Below are positions 48,391-59,571 of a stretch of DNA of 64,000 nt, in pieces. Within the stretch, counting starts at the first letter, position 1, and every line of letters starts with the position of its first letter. The position numbers and the translations under genes were made by a program. Under the pieces are notes generated by a model. The model was not told the DNA's origin. It searched no databases and worked only from the letters and a program-made list of their open reading frames with translations. Location: assembly GCA_016713405.1 (NCBI GenBank), contig JADJPF010000015.1:1-64000 (forward strand). Reading direction: 5' to 3'. The DNA is from Blastocatellia bacterium. GTDB taxonomy: Bacteria > Acidobacteriota > Blastocatellia > Chloracidobacteriales > JADJPF01.

Positions 48391-49689
48391 TTAACGACCT
48401 ACACCAACATAATCAAAGCCTAATTTGCGGATATAGTTGGGATCATAAATATTGCGTAAATCAGCAATTGCAGGCTGTTTCATCAATAGTTTAACTTTTT
48501 CTAGGTCAAGTTTGCGGTATTGGTTCCATTCTGTAAGAAAAACTAGTAGATCTGCATCAGTTGCAGTTTCATAGGCATCATTGCAAAACTTAACTTTTGG
48601 AAGTAAAGTAGCCGCCTCGCTCATTGCTACAGGGTCATTAGCTTTGACATTAACACCTAGTTCTAAAAGTTCATTTACAACTGCAATGCTAGGGGATTCT
48701 CTGATGTCATTAGTATTAGGTTTAAAAGCTAATCCTAAAACTCCAATAGTTTTATCTTTAGGATTGCCAAGCATGGTTTTAATTTTACTTACCATTAAAT
48801 CTTTTTGACGTTCATTAACTTCGATTACAGAACGGACAATTTTGAAATCGCACTCTACACGATTAGCTAAATGTAGCAAAGCACGAGTATCTTTAGGAAA
48901 ACAAGAGCCTCCAAAACCTGGGCCAGGATGAAGAAATTCTGGGCCAATACGTTTATCTAAACCCATAGCACGGGCAACATTATAAACATCACAACCTAAA
49001 CGGTCACAAAGCATAGCAATTTCATTAATAAAAGAAATTTTAGTAGCTAAAAACGCATTAGAAGCATACTTAATTAATTCTGCTGTTTCTATGCTAGTTA
49101 TTACAAACGGAATATCAATTAAGTAAAGTGGGCTGTATAAATCTTTTAGAATTGCAACTGCTTGTGGGTCAGAGCAGCCAATTACAATTCGGTCAGGGTG
49201 CATAAAGTCTTCAATAGCAGCACCTTCACGTAAAAATTCAGGGTTAGAAGCAACAGAGAAATGACTTTCTGATTGAGAGTTTTCTGTAATTATTCTTTTA
49301 ACTAAAGCTCCTGTACCTGCTGGAACAGTGCTTTTGGTGACAATTACTTTATAACCGTTTAGATGTTTACCAATTTCTGCTGCTACTTCGGCAACTTGGG
49401 AGAGGTCTGCATCGCCATCTTCACGCGCAGGAGTACCAACAGCAATAAAGATTACTAAAGATTTTTTTACTGCTTCTGCTAAATTTGTAGTAAAGCTTAA
49501 GCGGCCTTCCTTAAAACCTTTATTAATAACTACATCTAGTCCAGGTTCATAAATAGTTGGTTCACCAGCCATTAATCTATTTATTTTGTTTTCGTCTTTG
49601 TCAACACAAGTAACATTAACTCCAAACTCAGCAAAACAAGCTCCTGTCACTAAACCAACATAGCCTGTTCCAATAATTGCGATATTCAT
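48391..49689 (-). CDS. ugd: UDP-glucose 6-dehydrogenase
   Basis: MNIAIIGTGYVGLVTGACFAEFG Rossmann start. Catalytic GGSCFPKD. 432 aa. Confidence 0.85.
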   Translation of the reverse strand: MNIAIIGTGYVGLVTGACFAEFGVNVTCVDKDENKINRLMAGEPTIYEPGLDVVINKGFKEGRLSFTTNLAEAVKKSLVIFIAVGTPAREDGDADLSQVAEVAAEIGKHLNGYKVIVTKSTVPAGTGALVKRIITENSQSESHFSVASNPEFLREGAAIEDFMHPDRIVIGCSDPQAVAILKDLYSPLYLIDIPFVITSIETAELIKYASNAFLATKISFINEIAMLCDRLGCDVYNVARAMGLDKRIGPEFLHPGPGFGGSCFPKDTRALLHLANRVECDFKIVRSVIEVNERQKDLMVSKIKTMLGNPKDKTIGVLGLAFKPNTNDIRESPSIAVVNELLELGVNVKANDPVAMSEAATLLPKVKFCNDAYETATDADLLVFLTEWNQYRKLDLEKVKLLMKQPAIADLRNIYDPNYIRKLGFDYVGVGR

Positions 49690-49725
49690 AAATTTTCCTT
49701 GTCAATAAAATTTGGTTTGTAAGTT

Positions 49726-51081
49726 TTATAATTTGATAACTTTATCTAAATTTTCTGTTACATAACGTGTAGCATTTCGAGTATCAATTATTAATGGGGC
49801 ATGATCGACTATAAATTGATAATTAAAATCGCTGTGATCTGTAACAATTATTACTGCATCAGAGTAGGTTAATACAGTACGATCTATTTCTACGCTTTCA
49901 ATAACAAGGTCATTTTCTAAAACTAAAGAAGGCACATATGGGTCACTATAAGCAATAATAGAGCCTTTTTGATGCAACTTTTGCAGAATTTCTAAGGCTG
50001 GTGATTCTCTAACATCATCAATATTTCGTTTATAGGCAACACCTAAAACTAATATTTTTGACCCATTTAGAGGTTTACGATGTTTATTTAAGGCATCTGA
50101 AACTATTTCAACAACATGACTTGGCATATTAGAATTAATTTCTTCTGCTAAGGAAATAAACCTAGCTTCAAAGCCATGCATACGAGCTTTCCAAGATAAG
50201 TAAATAGGATCTAGTGGAATACAATGACCGCCAATGCCGGGGCCAGGATAAAAGGGCATAAAACCAAAGGGTTTGGTAGCGGCTGCTTCTACTACTTCCC
50301 AAACATTTACACCTAAAGCATGGCATAACATAGCAATTTCATTTACTAGGCCAATGTTAACACTACGAAAAGTGTTTTCTAGTAATTTAGTTGTTTCTGC
50401 TACTTTAGCAGAAGATACTTTGTGAACATTACCAATTACTTTTTGGTAAACCGTAGCAGCAATTTCGGTTGAAAGCTGCGAGACTCCACCAACTACTTTA
50501 GGAATATTACCTGTATGAAATTGAGGATTACCTGGGTCAACTCGCTCTGGGGAAAATGCTAAGAAGAAATCCTGATCAACTTTTAAGCCTGTTTCCTCAA
50601 ATAGTGGCAATAAAACTTCATCTGTTGTACCAGGATAAGTAGTGCTTTCAAGCATTATTAATTGTCCTGGGTGCAAATGAGTTTTGATAGCTTCAGCAGC
50701 AGCTAAAATATAAGAAATATCAGGTTCTTTTGTTTTACTTAAAGGTGTAGGGACACAAATTATTACAATATCTGATTCTGATAAAACATCAAAACTTGTA
50801 CTAGCACTAAAAAGCAGGTTTTCAACCAGTGTTGAGACTTTTTCACTAGCAATATCTTTAATATAAGAAAAACCTTGGTTTAACTCTGCTACTTTTTCTG
50901 GGTTAGTATCTATTCCTAATACAGAAAAACCAGCTTGACCAAATTCTACGGCTAAGGGTAAGCCAACATATCCTAAGCCAATAATTGCTATACGTGCTTG
51001 TAGGGAAGAGATTTTACTAAGTAAAACATTTTGGCTACTTAAAACTGTGCAACTACTCATTAATAATGCTCCTAAAAACAA
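49726..51081 (-). CDS. Nucleotide-sugar dehydrogenase (UDP-N-acetyl-D-glucosamine/mannosamine dehydrogenase family, WecC/TviB-like)
   Basis: IAIIGLGYVGLPLAVEFG Rossmann motif. GGHCIPLDP catalytic Cys region. 451 aa. Adjacent to ugd. Confidence 0.8.
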   Translation of the reverse strand: MFLGALLMSSCTVLSSQNVLLSKISSLQARIAIIGLGYVGLPLAVEFGQAGFSVLGIDTNPEKVAELNQGFSYIKDIASEKVSTLVENLLFSASTSFDVLSESDIVIICVPTPLSKTKEPDISYILAAAEAIKTHLHPGQLIMLESTTYPGTTDEVLLPLFEETGLKVDQDFFLAFSPERVDPGNPQFHTGNIPKVVGGVSQLSTEIAATVYQKVIGNVHKVSSAKVAETTKLLENTFRSVNIGLVNEIAMLCHALGVNVWEVVEAAATKPFGFMPFYPGPGIGGHCIPLDPIYLSWKARMHGFEARFISLAEEINSNMPSHVVEIVSDALNKHRKPLNGSKILVLGVAYKRNIDDVRESPALEILQKLHQKGSIIAYSDPYVPSLVLENDLVIESVEIDRTVLTYSDAVIIVTDHSDFNYQFIVDHAPLIIDTRNATRYVTENLDKVIKL

Positions 51082-51148
51082 AAAATAATGCTCTTAAAAT
51101 GTTAATAGGCCACCAAAAGGTGGCCGAAGGAATTATTTACTGGTAGAT

Positions 51149-53429
51149 TTAAGGTAAGACGACTCGGCGAACTCTATGATTACCTGAATCTACTACTAAA
51201 ATGACTTTATCTTCTATCATAAGCATAAATCTTGGATCACGAAATGCTACTTTTGGTGCTGATCCGTCTTCAAAACCTCTAGCACCACCAATAACCGTTG
51301 TAACTACTCCATCAGGCGTAACTCTACGGATACGGCTGCCATCAAAATCTAGTACATAAAGATTTCCAGCCATATCAAAAGTAGATGAAATTGGGCCTTT
51401 TAGGACTGCAAAAAATCTATTGCCATCTCCAAAAGTAGGACTATTAACATTTACTTGGTTTAATGCGCTAGATTGAATGCGGCGACGAAGGCCAACAAAT
51501 ACCTGTACTTGATTGGAAGACATATCTACTTGGCGAATTGAGTTATTAGAAAAATCACTAACAAATAGTGTGTTATTTCTCATTATTAACCCTAATGGAC
51601 GGTTAAACTGTACGCTATTTCCATTTCCATCAGAAAGGCCAGGAAAACCATTACCTAAAACTGTAGAAACAGAAGTTGCCTCACCATTTTCTAAGGTAAT
51701 TTTACGAATTACATTATTAAATGAGTCAGATATTAATAGATTTTTGTCCATATCTATTGCAATTCCATAAGGGCCAGAAAAGACGGCTCTTGAAGGAATA
51801 TCATCTAAAAAGCCCATTTCGCCTACACGTTCTTTAGTACCATCTTCATTTCTTGCCATTCGACTTTTACCTGCAATTGTGTCAACTGTAAAAGTACCTG
51901 AACTATTAGGTCGTAATCTTCTGATAGCTTCATTACCAAAGTCTGTAACATAAATAGTGTTATCAGGAGTAACAACAATTCCAATAGGATTACTAAAGCG
52001 TACTGTAGGATTATTTTTATTTATTTCATCTGTATCAACATAACCAGGTATTCCATCAGGATCTCCTGCTATGGTGACAAGTTGACCTGAGCTTGGGTTA
52101 AATCTTCGGATAGCGTTATTGGTTTGATCTGCAATATAAATCATTCCATCTGGCCCAACTGCTAATTGGCTTGGATTAGTTAGCAAAGCATCTTTTCCTG
52201 AGCCATCAGTAAAACCTGGAAAACTACCTAATATTGTTGAAACTGTACCAGCAGGTTCTACTACTAAAGGGACAATATTTGTTGTTCCTTTATTGGTGCT
52301 AAGCTGTAAATTTAATGTAGTTGGACTTTCAAGTTGTTTAGTTCTAACAACTATTCTTATAGTACGTCTACTTAATTCTGTAACATCATCTTTTTTAATT
52401 TTTATTCCATTAAATGTAGCTTCTTTAAAGTTTTCTAGGTTTGCACCTATAACAATCATTTCTACATCTTTTGTACCAGCAACAATGTTGGAGGGATCAA
52501 TTGAATAAATTAAAGGGGTTTTATCAGAAGGTGTGACATCAAATAGTAAAGTTTCTGAGTCACCAACATTAGGAGTTACTACTTTTACTGTTATTTGTCC
52601 TACTTTAGTAAATAAGCTTGCATCAAAAGTTGCTTCAAGCTGAGTAGTTTTCTTTTTACCTTTTTGTAATGTTACTGGGACAGATTGACCATTAACAAGT
52701 ACAATACTATCTTTAGTAAAGTTACCACCTTTAATTTTTACTTTAGTTGTTTTTGCTCCAAGATCTGCACTACTTGGTTCTAACTCAGTTAGATTTGGCC
52801 CAGGAGAGGCAATAGTAATATTAAAAGTGTTAGAAAGAGTTCCATCACCATTTTCTATTTGAACAGGCAATGTACCAACAAAAGTAGTTTCAATAGGATC
52901 AACTGTTCCAATTGCAAAAGAAAGTTCGCCTTTGCGTCTAATTTGTGTAGTGGTCTTAAATCCACCAACTCTAACAATTGATTTGCTAGTAAAGTTATTT
53001 CCTTGAATTTCTACACCAAAGTTAGTAGCAATTTCATTAGCAATAACAATTCTAGGGCGAATTGCAGTAATTACTACATCACTAGCAGCAACAACATCAA
53101 TAGTATCAGTATTTGATATTGTTCCTTTGGACATTACAGCAATAGTAATTGTACCTGGTTGAGCAATTAAATTGGCTGGAACAGTGCCAATCAAAGTTCC
53201 CTCTTGGAATTGAGTATTTACAGGGCTACCATTAACTATTAATGAAGAATCTTTTTTATATTTGCTTTTACCCACCACTCTAACGCGAAGTTCGCTATCT
53301 CCAGCAGTTACTTTTTTAGGAAAAATATTTTTAATATTAGGAGTATTGTTTTTGGGCCAGAGCTTGGTTAGGATTAATAAAAACTAAGCTAAAAAAAACA
53401 ATTAAAAGACTAAATATCAGTCCTCGCAT
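51149..53429 (-). CDS. Secreted IPT/TIG-repeat + NHL-repeat (beta-propeller) protein. Its signal peptide is in a different frame (frameshift near 53340)
   Basis: The body has repeated Ig-like modules followed by NHL repeats (IYIADQTNNAIRRF, IYVTDFGNEAIRRL, LLISDSFNNVIRKI, LFVSDFSNNSIRQV, LYVLDFDGSRIRRV, ILVVDSGNHRVRRV). Upstream, in the -1 frame, an ATG at 53429 with RBS gaggaagg encodes MRGLIFSLLIVFFSLVFINPNQALAQ. Deleting one A from 'cccaaaaac' joins the frames. Confidence 0.7.
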
Positions 53430-53988
53430 AATTTTTAACCTTCCTCAGTATCAAACATAAGCTAAAATAATGTTGATAAAAATTTTTTAGATACACAATT
53501 AAGAAATCAGCAGTTTAACAAACTTACTCTGCTATCTTCAACCTAGATGCCTTAATTGTTTCCTAAATATCTTATAAATCAATTACTATTACTTTTGATA
53601 ACTCAATAAATTTAAGATACTAGATTTAATTTATTTCCCTTTTGTTTTATTCCAAAGAAAATAGTTTAGATAAATAACCTAGTGTATTTACCGTTTTAAT
53701 TTTACTAGATTCTAGCTTAAAGCTATAGATGTTAAACACCAGAATTGGATTAAAAGTTTAATTAGCTCCAAAAATTTTTGTCTCTCATGGATTTATAAAT
53801 ACTCCAAAAAATATATTTAAGCTGTTGTGGCTAGGATTGCTTAACAATTAGGAACAAAAGCTTGAGTATAAATAGAGTTTCTCTTATCCTATTGCATTGT
53901 CAAAATTAGTTCCTCTAAATCTTTTAAGAGTTCAGTTAAATTTTTAGTATTTTGTTAGGAAAGCAACTTACTTTCTCAGGATATTATT

Positions 53989-55023
53989 ATGGACATAGCT
54001 CTATTAATTGAATGGTCAGTCAAAATAGGCATAGTATTTTTTATCTTGATGACAGCCTTAGCCTATATTGTTTTATTAGAGCGTCGGCTACTAGGTTTTA
54101 TCCAAATGCGTTTAGGCCCTAACAGAGTTGGCCCATTTGGACTTCTTCAACCTTTAGCTGATGGAATTAAATTCTTCTTTAAGGAAGAAATAATTCCTCA
54201 TGAAGCAGATCGCGCACTCTATATTTTAGCTCCAATGGTTGCCTTAATTCCTGCTTTAACAACAGTTGCTGTAATTCCTTTTGGTGAAAGTGTAACTGTT
54301 AGCCTTTGGGGTTATACTCGTGAAATAGGACTTTATATTACGAAAGTAGATGTAAGTTTACTTGTAGTCTTTGCCTTAACCAGCATGGGAATTTATGGAA
54401 TTGTTCTAGCAGGTTGGTCATCCAATAATAAATATTCTTTAATGGGTGGTTTGAGATCTTCAGCACAAATGATTAGCTATGAATTAGCTATGAGTTTAGC
54501 TGTTGTTGGAGTAGTAGTTTTTAGCGGATCTTTAGATTTAACACAAATTGTTAAAGAGCAAATGAATACTTGGGGCGGCATTATACCTAAGTGGAATATA
54601 TTGACTCAACCTATAGGATTTTTATTATTTTTGATTGCTGCTATTGCAGAAACTAATCGTGTACCTTTTGACTTACCAGAAGCAGAAACTGAGCTAGTCG
54701 CAGGTTTTCACACAGAATATAGTTCTATGAAATTTGCTATATTCTTTATTGCTGAATATGCCAATATGGTGACAGCATCTTCAATGGCTACTTTACTATT
54801 TTTAGGCGGTTGGCACGGGCCATTTGTAAAAGAACTTCCCCTACTTGGGCCAATTTACTTTACCTTAAAAGTCTTATTTTTCTTGGTTTTATATATTTGG
54901 CTACGCGGCACTTTGCCACGTTTTCGCTATGATCAGCTAATGAAGTTTGGTTGGAAATTTATGATTCCAGTGGCTATAGCCAATGTTGTTTTGGTAGCTG
55001 GACTTGCTTTACTTTTATTTTAA
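53989..55023 (+). CDS. nuoH: NADH-quinone oxidoreductase subunit H
   Basis: 344 aa, 8 TM helices. LLERRLLGFIQMRLGPNRVGPFGLLQPLADGIKFF is the canonical NuoH/ND1 motif. Confidence 0.9.
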   Translation: MDIALLIEWSVKIGIVFFILMTALAYIVLLERRLLGFIQMRLGPNRVGPFGLLQPLADGIKFFFKEEIIPHEADRALYILAPMVALIPALTTVAVIPFGESVTVSLWGYTREIGLYITKVDVSLLVVFALTSMGIYGIVLAGWSSNNKYSLMGGLRSSAQMISYELAMSLAVVGVVVFSGSLDLTQIVKEQMNTWGGIIPKWNILTQPIGFLLFLIAAIAETNRVPFDLPEAETELVAGFHTEYSSMKFAIFFIAEYANMVTASSMATLLFLGGWHGPFVKELPLLGPIYFTLKVLFFLVLYIWLRGTLPRFRYDQLMKFGWKFMIPVAIANVVLVAGLALLLF

Positions 55024-55038
55024 TTAATAGGGATTATT

Positions 55039-55542
55039 ATGGAACAGGCTTTTTTCCTTGTTTTAGCGGTTTTATCAGTAGGCGCAGCCTTAAGCGTAGT
55101 AATTCAACGTAGCCCACTTTATAGTGCTTTTTCCTTAATTGGTTTATTTGCTTGTCTTGCCGCGCTTTATGTTTCCTTACAAGCACAATTTCTTGGTGCT
55201 ATTCAAATCATTGTTTATGCAGGTGCGATTATGGTTTTGTTTATCTTTGTGATTATGTTGCTTAACATACGCAAAGATGCTCAAGTTTTAGATAAGCATC
55301 GCTATCTTTGGGTTTTAGGTGTCCCTTTTGGGCTAGTGCTAGCTATAGAAGTTCTTTATACCTTATCTAAAGTAGCAAAAGTTAGTATTGATAAACCTGC
55401 TATAGGGGATAGCCAAAGTATAGGTTATGGCCTGTATACTACTTATTTAATGCCATTTGAGCTAACTTCAATACTAATTTTACTTGCAATAGTTGGTTCA
55501 GTAATTTTGGCTCGCCGAGATGATGAAAAAGAAGAGAATTAA
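55039..55542 (+). CDS. nuoJ: NADH-quinone oxidoreductase subunit J
   Basis: 167 aa, 5 TM helices. NuoJ/ND6-like. Confidence 0.8.
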   Translation: MEQAFFLVLAVLSVGAALSVVIQRSPLYSAFSLIGLFACLAALYVSLQAQFLGAIQIIVYAGAIMVLFIFVIMLLNIRKDAQVLDKHRYLWVLGVPFGLVLAIEVLYTLSKVAKVSIDKPAIGDSQSIGYGLYTTYLMPFELTSILILLAIVGSVILARRDDEKEEN

Positions 55543-55556
55543 GGAGAGATATTTTT

Positions 55557-55859
55557 ATGGTACCGCTTTCCTGGTATTTAGCTTTAAGTGCAGTGCTTTT
55601 TACTATTGGTGCTGTAGGAGTTTTTGTTAAACGAAATGTTATTTCTATCTTTATGTGTATTGAGTTAATGCTTAATGCAGTAAATTTAACCTTAATTGCT
55701 TTTTCTTCTTATTATAGAGAAATTTCAGGTCAACTATTTGTCTTTATTGTAATGACTGTTGCTGCTGCTGAAGCTGGTGTAGGATTGGCTTTAGTCATTG
55801 CTGTCCTTCGTAATCGTCAATCTTTGGATGCAGACGACGCAAATTTATTAAAGCTTTAG
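55557..55859 (+). CDS. nuoK: NADH-quinone oxidoreductase subunit K
   Basis: 100 aa, 3 TM helices. Conserved Glu residues in TM2/TM3 ([19 protein letters not shown]). Confidence 0.9.
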   Translation: MVPLSWYLALSAVLFTIGAVGVFVKRNVISIFMCIELMLNAVNLTLIAFSSYYREISGQLFVFIVMTVAAAEAGVGLALVIAVLRNRQSLDADDANLLKL

Positions 55860-55893
55860 AAATTTTGCCAAAAAAAGTATAGAGGCATTATAA

Positions 55894-57974
55894 ATGTTAA
55901 GAGTAATAGTTTTTGCGCCACTTCTAGGTGCTATCATTTTAGGTTTATTTGGTAAACGCCTTTCTGAACGTATCATTGCACTAATTGCATGTTCATCAAT
56001 CGCTGTTTCTACAATAGCCGCTTTTGCCGCTTTTGCAAAATTACTTGCTCAACAACCTGACTCAGCAGGGGTACGTAGAATTAGTGATACTTTGTTTACC
56101 TGGATACAAGTAGGAGCATTTAGAGCAGACTTTGCTTTTATGCTTGATCCCCTTTCAGGTGTAATGATTTTGTTTGTTACTGGTGTAGGGCTTCTTATCC
56201 ATATCTTTGCAACGGCTTATATGTCTGGTGAAGATAGCTATTACAGATTTTTTACTTACTTAAATCTGTTTATGTTTATGATGATTACCCTAGTGCTAGC
56301 AGACAATTATTTAATGATGTTTGTTGGCTGGGAAGGTGTTGGTCTTTGCTCTTATCTATTAATTGGTTATTATTTCCTAAGAGATTACGCTAATGACGCT
56401 GCTAAGAAAGCTTTTATTGTTAATCGTATAGGTGATTTTGGCTTTGCTTTAGGTGTAATGTTAATCTTCTATCACTTTAATACTATTAGCTTTATTGATA
56501 AGACTGGTATTGCTAGCGTATTTACTTTAGCTGCTAATAAACCCATTGAAGATCTTGCCAGCACAGCTTTATTTGCTGGTGGTTTAACAACAATTGCAAT
56601 ACTTCTTTTTATTGGTGCAACCGGAAAAAGTGCGCAAATCCCTCTTTACGTCTGGCTTCCAGATGCAATGGCAGGCCCAACACCAGTTTCTGCACTAATT
56701 CACGCTGCTACAATGGTTACAGCAGGCGTTTATATGATTGTGCGTTCCAATATGATTTTTGGTAAAGCACCAATGGCACTAACCATAGTTGCTGTTGTTG
56801 GAGCTTTAACAGCCTTTTTTGCCGCTACAATAGGTATTGCTCAATGGAACATTAAAAAGTCCTGGCCTACTCTACAGTTTCACAGCTTGGTTATATGTTT
56901 TTAGCTTGTGGTGCAGGTGCTTTTGGCCCAGCATTTTTCCACGTTGTTACACACGCCTTCTTTAAAGCTTTACTCTTTTTAGGTTCAGGCAGTGTTATCC
57001 ACGCAATGCATCATAATGAAGATATGCGTACTATGGGCGGCTTAAGTAAATATCTAAAAATTACTTTTGCAACAATGGGTGCTGGTACACTTGCAATTGC
57101 TGGTTTTCCTTTACTTTCAGGTTTCTTTAGTAAGGATGAAATTCTTTGGAAAGTAAGAAGTTCTACTGTTCTACCAGGTAGTTTAGGCACTATTCTTTGG
57201 TTACTAGGTCTACTAACTGCTGCTATTACAGCTATTTATATGACCCGTATGATGGTTATCACCTTTTTTGGTGAGGAACGCTTTAGAAATGCTCATCATG
57301 ATGATCACGGTCATAGCGGACACGACGATCATAAAGCTCATGATGATAAACATGGGCATGATTCACATGGCGGACATGGTGGAAATCCTCATGAATCACC
57401 TTTAGCAATGACAATTCCTTTAATTGTTTTAGCTATTCTTTCTGTAGTTGGTGGTTTTATGGGTGTTCCAGAAGGTCTAGCAGAAAAATTTCTCCCTCAT
57501 TCACTACACCATTATACACATAGCTTTTATGCTTTCCTTCAACCAGTAATAAGCGTTCCAGTAATTGCTGGTAATGGTGGGGAAGCTTTAGCAAAAGACC
57601 ATGGAGCAGAGTTAGTTTCTACAATTCTTTCATCCATAGTTGCTTTAGTTGCAATTGGCATTGGTTATCTCGTCTTTAAAGGCAAACCTTTAATGCAAAT
57701 GCCTGCTTTCCTTGAAAACAAATATTTTATTGATGAAATTTATGATGCAGTTATTGTCAATCCATTAAAAGCTATTTCTACAACAGGACTTTGGAAATTT
57801 GTTGATGTTGTAATTATTGATGGTAGTGTTAATGGACTTGCTAAATTAGTAAATTTAACTGGTAGTGGACTACGCTATTTACAGCCAGGTATAACACGCC
57901 TTTATGCTGCCTTTATTTTTGGTGGGGCAGTGTTTGTTATTGGTTGGTTTTTTTATGTAGTCGTCAATCGGTAG
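55894..57974 (+). CDS. nuoL: NADH-quinone oxidoreductase subunit L, split into ORFs 55894..56904 and 56895..57974 by a frameshift at 'attaaaaag' (56850-56860). It carries a His-rich insertion
   Basis: Reading the +1 frame from 'aaaaagtc' gives KVLAYSTVSQLGYMFLACGAGAFG..HVVTHAFFKALLFLGSGSVIHAMHH, the universally conserved NuoL/ND5 motif. So the first ORF's end (WNIKKSWPTLQFHSLVICF) is out of frame. His/Asp-rich segment HHDDHGHSGHDDHKAHDDKHGHDSHGGHGG at 57290-57400. Confidence 0.85.
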
Positions 57975-57999
57975 TTAATAATTTATTGCGGAAAAAATT

Positions 58000-59550
58000 A
58001 TGAATGCCTTAAAACCTTATCTGCTTAATATATTAGTATTCTTCCCATTACTTGGCACAATTGTAATGCTGATGTATGACCAAATTGTTGGTAAAAATGA
58101 AGAAACCTTAAAAAAGATGGCTTTGTTTTTTTCCTCTATCACCTTTTTTGCTTCCTTACCTTTAATTTGGTGGTATAACGACCCAGCTTTAATAGTAAAT
58201 GTTCCTTGGGTGGAAACTTTAGGCATTAATTATCATTTACAAGTAGATGGTCTAAGTTTGTGGTTAGTTCTACTAACTACTTTTCTTATGCCTATAGCTA
58301 TATTGTCTGGTTGGACAGCTATTCACGACAAAGTAAGAGAATATCTAGCTTTTATGCTAGTGCTAGAAACAGGAATGATAGGCGTGTTTTTAGCAATGGA
58401 TATGATTGTTTTCTACCTGTTTTGGGAAGTAATGCTTGTACCAATGTATTTCCTAATAGGTGTTTGGGGTGGAGAACGCCGTATTTATGCTGCTATTAAA
58501 TTTGTTCTTTATACAATGGTAGGCAGCTTACTAATGTTAGTAGCTATTATTGCTCTTTACCTAATACATGGAGAAAATCAAGCAGGTGGAGCAAAAGCTA
58601 CTTTTGATATGGTTACTATTACCCAAAATTTAGCTCAATATAATTTCCTAACTCCTACACAACAATTTTGGATGTTTGCAGCCTTTGGGCTAGCTTTTGC
58701 GATCAAAGTTCCTCTTTTCCCATTCCATACTTGGCTTCCAGATGCACACGTAGAAGCACCAACAGCAGGGTCAGTAATTCTAGCTGGAGTTTTACTTAAG
58801 ATGGGAACTTATGGTTTTATGAGATTTAACTTGCCAATGTTCCCTGAAGCTGCACATCAATTTGCTGTTCCTATTATGATTCTAGCTGTAATTGGAATTA
58901 TTTATGGAGCTTTAGTGGCAATGGTGCAACCTGATATGAAAAAGTTAATTGCTTATTCATCAGTTAGTCACTTAGGTTTTGTAATGTTAGGAATGTTTGC
59001 TTTTACCGAAATGGGAATGCAAGGTTCACTATATCAAATGCTTAATCATGGTGTTTCATCAGGAGCATTATTTTTAATTGTTGGTATGGTTTATGAGCGT
59101 CGTCACACTAGACAAATTGCAGACTTTGGAGGACTTGCTACTCCAATGCCTCTTTTTGCTACCTTATTTTTAATTATTGCTTTTAGTTCTATAGGACTTC
59201 CTTTATTAAATGGTTTTGTTGGTGAATTTTTAATCTTGATTGGTACATTTAATTCTACTTACTCTAGAGCTTTTGCAGCTTTTGCTACTACAGGTGTAAT
59301 TCTTTCAGCTATTTATATGCTCTGGATGGTTCAAAGGGTAGTATTTGGTGAAATTACTAATGAAAAGAACCGACATTTACAAGACTTAAATTTACGTGAA
59401 AAAATTATTTTAGTCCCAATAGTAATATTAATTGTTTTTATGGGCGTTTATCCTAGCTTTTTCTTAAATCGTACTTCAGAAAAAGTTAACGAAATTCGCA
59501 AAGTTGTTGAAACACATAAAACAACAACCCCAGTAGCTACTACTAACTAA
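58000..59550 (+). CDS. nuoM: NADH-quinone oxidoreductase subunit M
   Basis: 516 aa. Antiporter-like subunit with the LIAYSSVSHLGFVMLG motif. Confidence 0.9.
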   Translation: MNALKPYLLNILVFFPLLGTIVMLMYDQIVGKNEETLKKMALFFSSITFFASLPLIWWYNDPALIVNVPWVETLGINYHLQVDGLSLWLVLLTTFLMPIAILSGWTAIHDKVREYLAFMLVLETGMIGVFLAMDMIVFYLFWEVMLVPMYFLIGVWGGERRIYAAIKFVLYTMVGSLLMLVAIIALYLIHGENQAGGAKATFDMVTITQNLAQYNFLTPTQQFWMFAAFGLAFAIKVPLFPFHTWLPDAHVEAPTAGSVILAGVLLKMGTYGFMRFNLPMFPEAAHQFAVPIMILAVIGIIYGALVAMVQPDMKKLIAYSSVSHLGFVMLGMFAFTEMGMQGSLYQMLNHGVSSGALFLIVGMVYERRHTRQIADFGGLATPMPLFATLFLIIAFSSIGLPLLNGFVGEFLILIGTFNSTYSRAFAAFATTGVILSAIYMLWMVQRVVFGEITNEKNRHLQDLNLREKIILVPIVILIVFMGVYPSFFLNRTSEKVNEIRKVVETHKTTTPVATTN

Positions 59551-59571
59551 AATTATAGAGAGAAGATTGCT

